A stretch of 64,000 nucleotides of DNA, from the NCBI GenBank assembly GCA_963668315.1, contig OY764216.1, positions 1,280,001 to 1,344,000 of the forward strand, read 5' to 3'. The notes under the pieces were generated by a model. It was not told the DNA's origin. It made no database searches and worked only from the letters and a program-made list of their open reading frames with translations. Origin of the DNA: Spirochaetia bacterium. GTDB lineage: Bacteria; Spirochaetota; Spirochaetia; DSM-2461. Shown here piece by piece: positions 8,219 through 17,648 of the stretch (positions within the stretch are counted from its first letter, which is position 1; every line of letters starts with the position of its first letter). Both the position numbers and the translations under genes were made by a program.

Positions 8219-11200
8219 ATGAGAAAGGCCGGATGTTTTCTTTTTTTATTTCTCCCTATTCTTTTCCTCTTTTCCCAGGATATCGGTAATAAATTCAATC
8301 TCTTAACTCCTCTTAGTATGGATGACGGCTTATCGGGCAATTCCGTATACTGCATGCTTCAGGATTCGGAAGGTTACATGTGGTTCGGGACTTTCAGCGG
8401 GCTCAACCGGTATGACGGCAGAAATACCACGGTCTTCCGGCCTCAGATAGGGAATCCGCAGAGCATAAGCGGATCGGTTATATACTCCCTCCATGAGGAC
8501 AGCCGGGGAAGGATCTGGGTTGGTACGAACGGGGGCGGTTTAAGCCTTTTCAACAGGGAGAACCTGACATTCACTTCCTTCCGGAATGATCCCGACGACA
8601 AGCTCAGTCTGCCGGGCGATCAGATCTTTGCCCTGGAGGAGGATGGGAAAGGACGCCTCTGGATTGGCACGGCGGGGGGTGGGCTCTGCTTCTACCGGGG
8701 AGAGGGCCGTTTCTTTATCCTGAACAGCAGCAATTCCGCCCTTGTGAGCGACCGGATCCGGACTCTCTTCTGCGACGGGGATGGTATCCTCTGGATCGGG
8801 ACGGAGAAGGGGCTTTCCCTGTACGATACGAACAGTGGCCGCTTTATCACCCCGGACGGGGCTTCCCGTTTGTCCGGCGAACTCTTTATCAGGGATATTA
8901 AAACGGATAATTCGGGGGATGTCTGGATGGGCTGCAAGGAGGGGCTTTTCCGTTATGACCGGGACAGAGAGCGGCTGGAATCGTTTCCCCTCCCGGAAGA
9001 TCTGGATGTCCGGTCCTTTGTTTTTGATGAGAGCCGTCTCTGGATCGGAACGGAGAGGTCCGGCGTCTATATTTATGACTTTACAGAGGAAGTCTGGACG
9101 GCTCTTCATGCGGACGAGGAGAAGGGCAGCCTCAGCTACGATAAAATCCGGTGTCTGTACAAAGATTCCAACGGTCTTGTCTGGATCGGGACAAGGGGCG
9201 GAGGTATCAATATGTACAATCCGGCGGTTGAACTGGTGAATAATTACACCGATTTAAAGGATATACGCCAGATACTGGAGAGGAAAGACGGCTCTTTGTG
9301 GATAGGGACGGACGGAAGCGGTATCGGAGTGGTGAACAGGGCATCCGGAAAGATTGAGACCTATGATCTTGATCCGGCGGACAGCAGTTCCGGTAACGAC
9401 AACGTCTATTCCTTCATGGAAGACCGCAAGGGAAATCTCTGGATAGGGACGGACGGCGGCGGCCTTTATTTTCTTGAAGCGGGAGAGACAATTAATCATG
9501 CAAGACCCTATCCGCTTAAAAACGCGGCCGAGGGTGACAGTCCTATGACAATCTGGTCCATAAGGGAGGATTCCTTCGGTACAGTGTGGATCGGAACGGA
9601 GGGGGACGGCCTTTATGCCATCGGGGAGCAGGGTCTCTCCCATTACAGGCACGATCCGGAAAATCCCGAGAGTTTGAACGGTAATGCCGTGCGCTGTCTC
9701 TACGAGGATTCCCGCGGTAATCTGTGGGTAGGAACCTGGGATGGAGGATTGAATCTGTTCGACAGGGAAAATATGAACTTTCGCAGTTTTTCCCGTTCTG
9801 CCGTTCAAGCGAACAGTCTGAGCGATAACAGCGTTAATGTCATTTATGAAGATTCCCGGGGATGGCTCTGGATCGGAACCTCAGGAGGAGGGGCAGACAT
9901 CTATTTCCCCGGTGAGAACCGGTTTCGCAACGTCTCTGTACGTGACGGTCTGGCCGGAAATAATACCTATGGCATCCTGGAAGATGATGCGGGAAATATC
10001 TGGCTCTCTTCGGACAGGGGGCTCACCCGTATCAGCGGAGAGAATGAAGCCATTTTGAATTTCAGTCAGGCCGATGGGCTGCTGACAGGTAATTTTTCCC
10101 AGAACGCCTACCTCAGGACCAGGGACGGCATGTTTTTCTGGGGCGGGCCAAAGGGAACCTCGTCTTTCAGCCCCAAAATGCTGCCCCGCAAAAGCAGACC
10201 CTCGGAAATTGCCATAACCGGGCTTAATATCAATAATCTGCCTGTCCCGATCGGAGGGGAAATCGACGGCAGGATGATTCTGGACAGGGACATTTCTTTG
10301 AAAGACAGCATCGTTCTTCCCCATACGGCCAATAATCTGACTGTCCGGTTTTCCCTGCTCTCCTTTATCGATCCGGAAAAGCACCTCTACGAAGTCCAGC
10401 TTCTGGGACTTGAAGAGAACCCCATTTTCCTGGGGAACAACAATGAAATCAGTTATGCGGCGATTCCTCCCGGGACCTACACGCTGAGAGTTACGGCGAT
10501 TGATCATAACGGATTGTTCGCGAACCGGGAGAAGGATCTGACGATTCAGATCCTGGCACCGTTCTGGCGGCATCTCTGGTTTATTGTTCTTTCCCTCCTC
10601 ATCATCATTGGCCTTGTTGCCCTCGTGTTCCTTCTCCGGCTGAAAATCGTCGAGAGAAACAATACCCAGCTGCGAGCCTTTACCATGCATATGGAAGAGG
10701 CCCGGGAAGAGGAACGCAAAGCGGCGGCCCGGGAGTACCATGATGAGCTGGGCCAGCATCTGACGGCTATGAAATTTGATCTATTCTGGCTGAACAATCA
10801 CCCGGATGCCCAGGAAAAGGTTAAGCGGGAGAAAATCGCGTCTCTGCTGGAACTGGTGGACGAATCCATTGGTTCTGTCCGTACCATTTCCACGAATCTG
10901 AGGCCGACCATACTGGATAATCTGACTCTGAAGGAAGCTGTCGAATGGATGAGCCGGCGGTTTACGAAACGGACGCAAATCCCCATTGATCTGGATATAC
11001 AGATGAAAGGTCTGGCGCCCTATGATCCGGACGGAGAGATAAAAACCGCGGTTTTCCGGATGTATCAGGAGATTCTTACCAATATTCTCCGCCATTCGGG
11101 TGCCGATTTTGTGGAAGTGAAAGTCATACAGAGCAAAGAGGAATTCCGTCTTGTCGTACGGGATAACGGTAAAGGAATCGCCCGGGAAGCAGAAAGGGAC

Positions 11201-11332
11201 GTCAAGTCTTTCGGCTTGATAGGAATGAGAGAGAGATGCAGGCACTACAAAGGATCGTTCCTCATTGATAATTTCCCTTCCGGAGGCACCTTTGTCAGGA
11301 TAGTTCTGCCCCTAAAGGAGAAAAATGCATGA
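8219..11332 (+). CDS. Sensor histidine kinase: beta-propeller repeats, Y_Y_Y, TM, HisKA_3, HATPase
   Basis: Signal peptide; many 'DxxGxxWIGT.GGL' repeats; 'IPPGTYTLRV'; TM after 'APFWR'; EEERKAAAREYHDELGQ H-box; DNGKG and FGLIGMRER boxes. Confidence 0.92.
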   Translation: MRKAGCFLFLFLPILFLFSQDIGNKFNLLTPLSMDDGLSGNSVYCMLQDSEGYMWFGTFSGLNRYDGRNTTVFRPQIGNPQSISGSVIYSLHEDSRGRIWVGTNGGGLSLFNRENLTFTSFRNDPDDKLSLPGDQIFALEEDGKGRLWIGTAGGGLCFYRGEGRFFILNSSNSALVSDRIRTLFCDGDGILWIGTEKGLSLYDTNSGRFITPDGASRLSGELFIRDIKTDNSGDVWMGCKEGLFRYDRDRERLESFPLPEDLDVRSFVFDESRLWIGTERSGVYIYDFTEEVWTALHADEEKGSLSYDKIRCLYKDSNGLVWIGTRGGGINMYNPAVELVNNYTDLKDIRQILERKDGSLWIGTDGSGIGVVNRASGKIETYDLDPADSSSGNDNVYSFMEDRKGNLWIGTDGGGLYFLEAGETINHARPYPLKNAAEGDSPMTIWSIREDSFGTVWIGTEGDGLYAIGEQGLSHYRHDPENPESLNGNAVRCLYEDSRGNLWVGTWDGGLNLFDRENMNFRSFSRSAVQANSLSDNSVNVIYEDSRGWLWIGTSGGGADIYFPGENRFRNVSVRDGLAGNNTYGILEDDAGNIWLSSDRGLTRISGENEAILNFSQADGLLTGNFSQNAYLRTRDGMFFWGGPKGTSSFSPKMLPRKSRPSEIAITGLNINNLPVPIGGEIDGRMILDRDISLKDSIVLPHTANNLTVRFSLLSFIDPEKHLYEVQLLGLEENPIFLGNNNEISYAAIPPGTYTLRVTAIDHNGLFANREKDLTIQILAPFWRHLWFIVLSLLIIIGLVALVFLLRLKIVERNNTQLRAFTMHMEEAREEERKAAAREYHDELGQHLTAMKFDLFWLNNHPDAQEKVKREKIASLLELVDESIGSVRTISTNLRPTILDNLTLKEAVEWMSRRFTKRTQIPIDLDIQMKGLAPYDPDGEIKTAVFRMYQEILTNILRHSGADFVEVKVIQSKEEFRLVVRDNGKGIAREAERDVKSFGLIGMRERCRHYKGSFLIDNFPSGGTFVRIVLPLKEKNA

Positions 11333-11967
11333 AAAAGATTCTCATAGTGGATGATCATCCGCTGGTCAGAAAAGGTCTTTGTGAAATCCTCAGAGAGGAT
11401 ATCTCCATTTCCCACCTGGATGAACTGGATAATGGCAATGATGTTCTTTCTCTGGTCGATCAAACGGCCTATGATATTATCATCCTTGATATCTCTCTGC
11501 CGGGCAGAGACGGCCTGGACGTTCTCAAGGATCTCCATTATTACCATCCGGAGATTCCTGTCATTATTCTGAGTATACAGTCGGAGAGCCAGTATGCCCT
11601 TCGTGCCCTCAAAATGGGGGCGTCCGGCTGTTTGAATAAGGCTTCCGCTCCCGAAGAACTGGTCAATGCGGTCAGACAGGTTTTGGAGGGGGGAAGGTAC
11701 TTGTCATCAAAAGTGAGCCAACTGCTTCTGGAAGAGTACAGCAATGAGAGTGCGGACGAACCCCATAAGGCTCTTTCCGAAAGGGAGTATCAGGTCATGC
11801 AGTTGCTGGCGGGGGGAATGACTTCCGGAGAAATCTCCGAGAAGCTCAACCTCAGTATCAAAACGGTAAGCACCTACAGAACCCGTTTGCTTCAGAAAAT
11901 GAATCTTAAGAATAATGCCCAGTTAACATATTATGCTGTAAAAAATAATCTTATATCCGGAACATAA
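11329..11967 (+). CDS. NarL/FixJ-family response regulator (REC plus LuxR HTH)
   Basis: VDDHPLVRKG, LDISLP, LSEREYQV and LSIKTVSTYR motifs; overlaps the kinase stop (ATGA). Confidence 0.95.
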   Translation: MKKILIVDDHPLVRKGLCEILREDISISHLDELDNGNDVLSLVDQTAYDIIILDISLPGRDGLDVLKDLHYYHPEIPVIILSIQSESQYALRALKMGASGCLNKASAPEELVNAVRQVLEGGRYLSSKVSQLLLEEYSNESADEPHKALSEREYQVMQLLAGGMTSGEISEKLNLSIKTVSTYRTRLLQKMNLKNNAQLTYYAVKNNLISGT

Positions 11968-11981
11968 TTCCATCCTGTTCC

Positions 11982-12053
11982 GGATGTAGGAAAATTCCTA
12001 CATCCCTTTCAAGCTCTATCCTACATCCCATATGAGAATTCTCCTTTTAAAAT
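11982..12053 (+). promoter_or_regulatory. Response-regulator site and -10 element upstream of tctC
   Basis: GGATGTAGGA-AAAT-TCCTACATCC at 11982-12005; second TCCTAC at 12019 (23 bp after 11996); TAAAAT at 12048-12053. Confidence 0.75.
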
Positions 12054-12109
12054 GATTTCATCTGAAAACTGTTTAGGGTTTTTATTATTTCAATTAAGGA
12101 GTTCTTTTT

Positions 12110-13132
12110 ATGAGAAATCGAAAATTTCTGGCTTTGTTTTTTTCCATGGTTCTGGTTTTGTCACTTGGCTTGACCGTTTCCTGTTCCAAGCAGGGTGATA
12201 CTGACGGTTCAAGCAAAACGGCCGTCGCATATCCCAAGGGCGTTCTGGATTTTGTCGCACCCGGCGGCGCCGGCGGCGGATGGGATCTGACCATCAGAAC
12301 AACAGCCAAGGTTCTCAAAGACAGCAAACTTGTCACAGTTCCCATGCCCGTTAGGAACAATCCCGGTGCGGGCGGTTCGGTCAACCTGGCAAGCCTTCAG
12401 GAAAAGAAAGGTTCCGATAAAATCGTCTGTGTCTATTCTCCCCCCCTTATTCTCACCAAACTGGCCGGAACGACTGATCTGGGTTACAAAGATGTTACTC
12501 CCCTTGCCCGATTGATCGCCGACTATGCCGTATTCGTCGTAGCTGCCGATTCTCCCTATAACAGCATGAGCGATATTATGGACGCTCTTAAAAAGGATAT
12601 CAAATCCGTTAAGATCGGAGGTATTTCCTCTGCCGGTTCCATGGACCATATACAGTTCCTTATGATGGCCAAAGGATCGGGAATCAAGAATCTGAAAGAG
12701 ATCGACTATATCAGTTTTGATGATTCTGCCGCGGCTCAGGTCCTCGGCGGACATGTTGATGTTTATTCCACCGGTCTCTCGGAAGTTCTCGGACTGCTCG
12801 AAAGCGGCGATCTGAAGGCTCTCGGACAGACGGCTGACCATCGCGTCGGCGAAGGTGTCGTCGCCGAAATCCCCACTTGTGTCGAGCAGGGGATTGATGC
12901 CACTTTCGTTAACTGGAGAGGACTTTTCGGTGCCCCTGAAATGCCCGATTACGCCGTTGAATACTGGAGAGACACTCTGGCCAAGATGGTGGAAACCCCC
13001 GAATGGAAAGCCGCCTGCAAGACAAACGGCTGGGATGACGCCTACATGGATGCTCCCGAGTTCGGGACGTTCCTTGAAAAGGTTGACGGGGAATATGAAA
13101 CAATCCTGACTGAAATCGGTTTGATTAAATAA
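12110..13132 (+). CDS. tctC: Tripartite tricarboxylate transporter substrate-binding lipoprotein
   Basis: Lipobox-like TVSC; PGGAGGGWD, NNPGAGG and NWRGLFGAP motifs. Confidence 0.93.
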   Translation: MRNRKFLALFFSMVLVLSLGLTVSCSKQGDTDGSSKTAVAYPKGVLDFVAPGGAGGGWDLTIRTTAKVLKDSKLVTVPMPVRNNPGAGGSVNLASLQEKKGSDKIVCVYSPPLILTKLAGTTDLGYKDVTPLARLIADYAVFVVAADSPYNSMSDIMDALKKDIKSVKIGGISSAGSMDHIQFLMMAKGSGIKNLKEIDYISFDDSAAAQVLGGHVDVYSTGLSEVLGLLESGDLKALGQTADHRVGEGVVAEIPTCVEQGIDATFVNWRGLFGAPEMPDYAVEYWRDTLAKMVETPEWKAACKTNGWDDAYMDAPEFGTFLEKVDGEYETILTEIGLIK

Positions 13133-13144
13133 GAATCATATAAT

Positions 13145-13165
13145 CGCTCTCCCCAGGGGAGAGCG
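13145..13165 (+). terminator. Intercistronic stem-loop after tctC
   Basis: Inverted repeat CGCTCTCCCC-A-GGGGAGAGCG with no U-tract. Confidence 0.5.
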
Positions 13166-13172
13166 GTAATAA

Positions 13173-13652
13173 ATGGAGGAAACTGTGAAATTATCAATTG
13201 TTCCGTCTTTACTTTTTTTACTATTGGGACTGATTTACACGACGGCAACCTTACTGCTCCCCGATGCTTCGGTGGGAAGACCCTTTGAACCGAAAATCTT
13301 TCCCCTGATACTGGGAATCGCCATGATCGCTTTGTCCCTGGGGCTGCTGGTGAGAGAGGTCATGACCGAAGAGAACAAGTCCCGATCGGCCGTACCCTTT
13401 TACAGGGAAACCGGTTTTGCACGAATAATGCTCACCTGCCTGTTCTCGGTTATCTATGCACTTTTATTTGATAAAATCGGCTATGTCTTGAGCACCTTTC
13501 TGTTTCTGGAGCTTGAACTGCTTATCTTTAACGGCCCGAAAAACTGGAAAATCAACACTCTTGTGGCTATTGCCTTCAGTTTGTTTATATATATTGTTTT
13601 TTCTAAGCTGCTGGGAGTCTATCTTCCCCTGACTCCGGGTATATGGATTTGA
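13173..13652 (+). CDS. tctB: Tripartite tricarboxylate transporter small membrane subunit
   Basis: 159 aa with 4-5 TM segments, 'PKIFP' and 'LGVYLP' motifs; lies between tctC and tctA. Confidence 0.9.
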   Translation: MEETVKLSIVPSLLFLLLGLIYTTATLLLPDASVGRPFEPKIFPLILGIAMIALSLGLLVREVMTEENKSRSAVPFYRETGFARIMLTCLFSVIYALLFDKIGYVLSTFLFLELELLIFNGPKNWKINTLVAIAFSLFIYIVFSKLLGVYLPLTPGIWI

Positions 13653-13661
13653 GGTAATTAT

Positions 13662-15170
13662 ATGGATACGCTATCATTTTTATTAGACGGATTCCTGGTC
13701 GCTTTGACGCCCATGAACCTTATGTGGGTAACCCTGGGAGGATTCCTGGGTACCATTATCGGTATGCTTCCCGGACTGGGACCTGCCACCGGCGTTGCGG
13801 TTCTGCTGCCCCTGACCTTCTCCATGGGGCCCACGGCCGCCCTGATTACAATGGGAGGAGTTTACTACGGCGCCATGTTCGGAGGCTCCCGGGCTTCGAT
13901 CCTGATAAATACACCCGGTGACGGTGCTGCCGTCGCCGCGACTTTTGACGGATATCCCATGACCTTGAACGGCAAAGCAGAATCGGCGTTGGCCATGTCG
14001 GCTATTGCTTCATTTTTCGGCGGGATTTTCGCGACCTTCTGTATGGTGGTTATCGCTATTCCCGTTGCCCGGTTCGCCCTTAAATTTGGGCCGGCGGAAT
14101 ATTTTATGCTTTTCCTGTTCGCCCTGTCCGCCACGGCTTCCATGACGGAAGGCAACCGGCTGAGAGGTTTTCTGGCAACCATACTGGGGCTGATTATATC
14201 TACAATAGGTATTGACGGCCAGTCCGGAGTCATCCGGTTCACCGGCGGGATTCTGGAACTTCAGAGCGGAATTGACTTCCTCATTGTCATTATCGCCGTA
14301 TACGCTCTGGGAGAAGTCTTCAAGAGTTTCAAGAATATTGAGTCGGGCAAGTCCAAAGTTCAGAAGAATTTCGGCAGAATATGGGTTACCCGGGAAGAGT
14401 GGAAGCGGTGCATATGGCCTATTCTGAGAAGCTCACCCCTTGGTTTTTTTGTCGGGGCCCTTCCCGGCGCCGGCGGAACAATGGCATCCCTCATGTCCTA
14501 CAATAACGAGAAACAGCTTTCCAAGCATCCCGAAGAGTTCGGAGAAGGTGCCATCGAGGGGCTGGCCGCTCCCGAGGCGGCGAACAACGCGGCTTCCGTA
14601 GGAGCCATGATACCCATGCTTACCCTTGGCATTCCCGGTTCCGGTACGACAGCCGTTATGATGGGGGCTCTTCTTCTGCTTGGTCTGCAGCCGGGTCCCA
14701 TGCTGTTTCAGCAGCAGCCTCTTATTATCTGGGGACTCATCGCCAGTATGTTTATCGGAAATATCATTCTGGCTGTTATGAATATTCCTCTGGCCGGTCT
14801 GCTGGTACGGGTTCTGTCCGTTCCGCCGAAGATTCTGTATCCCATTGTGCTGGGGCTTTCCTTCGTAGGCGCTTATGCCATCAGCTACAGTAAAATGGAC
14901 TTCTATCTGCTGGTTGTATTCGGTCTGATGGGATTTTTCATGAACAAGGCGAAAATCCCGGCTACTCCCATGATTCTGGCTGTTATCGTCGGCAATAATA
15001 TGGAACAATCATTCCGGCGGGCTTATAAAATTGCTGACGGCAACCTGGGTGTCTATATGGGATCTCCCATATGTCTGATTCTTGCCGGCCTGACAATTCT
15101 TTCTGTCGCTTATCCTATTGTTAAAGGAATCATCGACGGAAGAAAGAACAAAATCATGGCGGCGGCTTAA
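13662..15170 (+). CDS. tctA: Tripartite tricarboxylate transporter large permease
   Basis: GMLPGLGP, YYGAMFGG, NTPG, APEAANNA and IPMLTLGIPGS motifs. Confidence 0.96.
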   Translation: MDTLSFLLDGFLVALTPMNLMWVTLGGFLGTIIGMLPGLGPATGVAVLLPLTFSMGPTAALITMGGVYYGAMFGGSRASILINTPGDGAAVAATFDGYPMTLNGKAESALAMSAIASFFGGIFATFCMVVIAIPVARFALKFGPAEYFMLFLFALSATASMTEGNRLRGFLATILGLIISTIGIDGQSGVIRFTGGILELQSGIDFLIVIIAVYALGEVFKSFKNIESGKSKVQKNFGRIWVTREEWKRCIWPILRSSPLGFFVGALPGAGGTMASLMSYNNEKQLSKHPEEFGEGAIEGLAAPEAANNAASVGAMIPMLTLGIPGSGTTAVMMGALLLLGLQPGPMLFQQQPLIIWGLIASMFIGNIILAVMNIPLAGLLVRVLSVPPKILYPIVLGLSFVGAYAISYSKMDFYLLVVFGLMGFFMNKAKIPATPMILAVIVGNNMEQSFRRAYKIADGNLGVYMGSPICLILAGLTILSVAYPIVKGIIDGRKNKIMAAA

Positions 15171-15185
15171 TCTAGTATTCCTCAT

Positions 15186-15214
15186 CTCCCGGCATTGCCG
15201 GGAGTTTTTGTTTT
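15186..15214 (+). terminator. Rho-independent terminator of tct operon
   Basis: CTCCCGGCA-T-TGCCGGGAG followed by TTTTTGTTTT. Confidence 0.8.
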
Positions 15215-15342
15215 CCCCCATGAATAATGATGACAATTGGAACGGGGGCGACCTGGCATCATTTTACAAGAGCCGGGGAATTTTACGTTAATTTAACAGT
15301 CAATCAACCTGTCTTTTTTAAAAAATGTGCTAGATTTTTTAT

Positions 15343-15531
15343 ATGAAAAAATACAATAACAAAATAGACCTAATCAACGGAGCATCCGACTTAATGCACA
15401 GGATGGATGAAGACCTGGACTTTATCTTCAAAAACTTTGAAATTCCCGATAAGTACTCCGATTCCGATTTTGACAGAAAACTTGAAGAAACTGTTGAGGA
15501 GATGGACCGGGAGCTGTGGGAGGAATTCTAG
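15343..15531 (+). CDS. Small acidic hypothetical protein (62 aa)
   Basis: Standalone ORF with protein-like D/E-rich composition; extended -10-like TGcTAGATT 6 nt before the ATG. Confidence 0.55.
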   Translation: MKKYNNKIDLINGASDLMHRMDEDLDFIFKNFEIPDKYSDSDFDRKLEETVEEMDRELWEEF

Positions 15532-16041
15532 CCTCCCTCCGTAATCCCGTCGGGCCGATGGCCGGGACGGTATAGAAGAGAAAAACTACCCTTCTCTCTG
15601 GCACTGGAGTCAGAACCGGTGTGGAAAGCTTACGCTCCAGCCGCCAAAAGAGTTTCTGAGAAAGAGCATCGTTGCCTGCGGAAAAAGTCAGATAGAGCCC
15701 ACTCTTGCCTTTGCCGGGCTGTATTTTGTCCTGCAGCTTGAGAAACGGGAGGAACCTTTCAAGGGACCTTACAAGCATAGGCCTGAATAAACCCGGCAGA
15801 GTATAAACCGTCCTATACGTGATAATATACGACTATGTAAAACATATTAATTTCTCATACCAAAATGTTTCTTTTCCTTTTCTACAATGGCCTGAAACAC
15901 ATCAAAACCTTCCTATTAATCCGTATTCCCCATTGGCATAGTAATTGCTGAATAATGAATGATTCTTCTAAAGATAATAATATTATAATAATATTGTCTT
16001 TTTAGGGAGGATTGTTGTGAAACTTTATTATAGGGAAGAGA

Positions 16042-16740
16042 ATGCCAATATTGCATGAGGAAATCTTTAATGATTTATATGGAAAAATTAAAGATGGATA
16101 TTACAAAATCGGTGACAAATTACCCAGTGAAAAAGAACTGACAGAGGTTTATCGTTCCAGTAAAGCGCCCGTGAGACAGGCGATGAGTAAGCTCGAAGGG
16201 CTGGGCATGATTGTAAGGCAGGCGGGGAAGGGAACTTTTGTAAATCAGCAGTTTATGATTTGGAATAAACTAAGCGGATTCAGCAGTTATTTTTTAAAAG
16301 ACCTGCCTAAGATGTATTTCCGGAACCTAACGCTTGAGGAGAGAGCTACCGACGAGGACATGAGCCGCCGATTGGATATTCCCGTGGGCACGGATATTTG
16401 TGAACTGACGCGAGTCAGGTATTTTGACAATATCCCCACCAGTTACCTGAAGCATTATACATATATGTTATCCATGAAGGAAATGGAAAAGATCAGTAAT
16501 TACAATACGACGCGCCATATCCTTTATCAATATCATGGTATTGAGATTAGCAGAGCCCATGAAGTAATAGAGGCGGTTGTTGCAGATGAGCACCTGGCAG
16601 AGCTTTTAGACATTACCGTCGGTTTTCCCTTAATGCGTATCGAGCGTACCTCCTATGAGAAGAACGGTCGGGTCGCCGAATTTGTTGAATATTTCGGACG
16701 GACGGACAAATGGAAGTACCAGGTTGATTTAAGAGAATAG
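16042..16740 (+). CDS. GntR-family (HutC/UTRA) transcriptional regulator
   Basis: GDKLPSEKEL..SKAPVRQA..GKGTFV winged HTH plus a UTRA-like C-terminus. Confidence 0.93.
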   Translation: MPILHEEIFNDLYGKIKDGYYKIGDKLPSEKELTEVYRSSKAPVRQAMSKLEGLGMIVRQAGKGTFVNQQFMIWNKLSGFSSYFLKDLPKMYFRNLTLEERATDEDMSRRLDIPVGTDICELTRVRYFDNIPTSYLKHYTYMLSMKEMEKISNYNTTRHILYQYHGIEISRAHEVIEAVVADEHLAELLDITVGFPLMRIERTSYEKNGRVAEFVEYFGRTDKWKYQVDLRE

Positions 16741-16781
16741 ATATTTATCGCTTTGAGTGATGCAGAAAAGGCAAAGGGGTA

Positions 16782-16795
16782 AATATTATAATATT
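16782..16795. promoter_or_regulatory. Palindrome AATATTATAATATT covering a TATAAT box; candidate GntR operator
   Basis: Perfect 14-bp palindrome; 12/14 match at 15979-15992 upstream of gntR. Confidence 0.55.
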
Positions 16796-16870
16796 ACAAT
16801 GATTTGTCTCGGGACAGATCGGTTGATATTTCTTCGGGCGTATGCGGAGACGTTACATTAGGGGGGAGAG

Positions 16871-17611
16871 ATGACAAACAGAATTGATGAGATGAGCTGG
16901 ACGGAGTTTGATAAACGCAGAAAGGAGACGGATATCGTCATTATTCCGACGGGTGCGGTTGAAATATACGGGCCTCACCTGCCAATGGGATCGGACGGAA
17001 TTGTCGCCATGGCTATTTCGGAACTGGTCGCCGGTAAGACGGGTGCCCTCGTCGCTCCTTTGCTGCCGCTGGGAGAGTCTTCTGCCCTGACCTGTTATCC
17101 CGGAACGTTGACCGTTTCAAGAGAAACGCTGCAAATCCTTATTAAGGAGGTCTTTCTTCAGTTGATAGATTACGGGTTCAAAAACTTTTTATTCATAACA
17201 GGCCATGCGGGGAATGTGGATCCCATAAATTATTACTCCCGCTTATTTCAGATAAAATACGGAATCCGCTCAGGTCAGGTAGACTGGTGGCGTTTTGCCG
17301 CAAGACACGGGAAGGATATTTTTGAGAATGAAGGCTTCATGGCCCATGGCCATGCGAGTGAATGCGGGACATCGGTGCTTCTTTACTTCAGACCCGATCT
17401 CGTCAATATGGATGAGGCTACCCGGATAGAGCCGAACCGGGACTTTTATACCAAGTTCGATGATGTTTTTCACTTCATCCCTTTGAATGTAAAGACACCT
17501 AATGCCACGGTGGGAGATGCCACTGTGGCCAGTGCCGAAAAGGGGAAGCTCATTGTTGATAAATGTGTGGGAAGGATACTGGAATTCATGGATTTTGAAT
17601 TCAAATCCTGA
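16871..17611 (+). CDS. Creatininase-family amidohydrolase (divergent metal site)
   Basis: IIPTGAVEIYGPHLPMGSD, YPGTL, GHAGN and GHASECGTS motifs. Confidence 0.88.
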   Translation: MTNRIDEMSWTEFDKRRKETDIVIIPTGAVEIYGPHLPMGSDGIVAMAISELVAGKTGALVAPLLPLGESSALTCYPGTLTVSRETLQILIKEVFLQLIDYGFKNFLFITGHAGNVDPINYYSRLFQIKYGIRSGQVDWWRFAARHGKDIFENEGFMAHGHASECGTSVLLYFRPDLVNMDEATRIEPNRDFYTKFDDVFHFIPLNVKTPNATVGDATVASAEKGKLIVDKCVGRILEFMDFEFKS

Positions 17612-17648
17612 AACTCATGTTTGAAATATTTTTCAAAGGAGAAGAAAT

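Noticed and set aside
8300..10200. Recurrent TCTGGATCGGAAC-like DNA repeats
   Set aside because: They encode the WIGT blades of the sensor's beta-propeller and are not an independent DNA repeat element.
15428..15778. 116-aa minus-strand ORF
   Set aside because: It has no recognisable motif or RBS and overlaps the more plausible acidic ORF; it is retained only as part of an unexplained region.
16765..16830. c-di-GMP-I riboswitch-like GGCAAA
   Set aside because: There is no GNRA stem or downstream GCAAAGC; a promoter plus a short hairpin explains it better.
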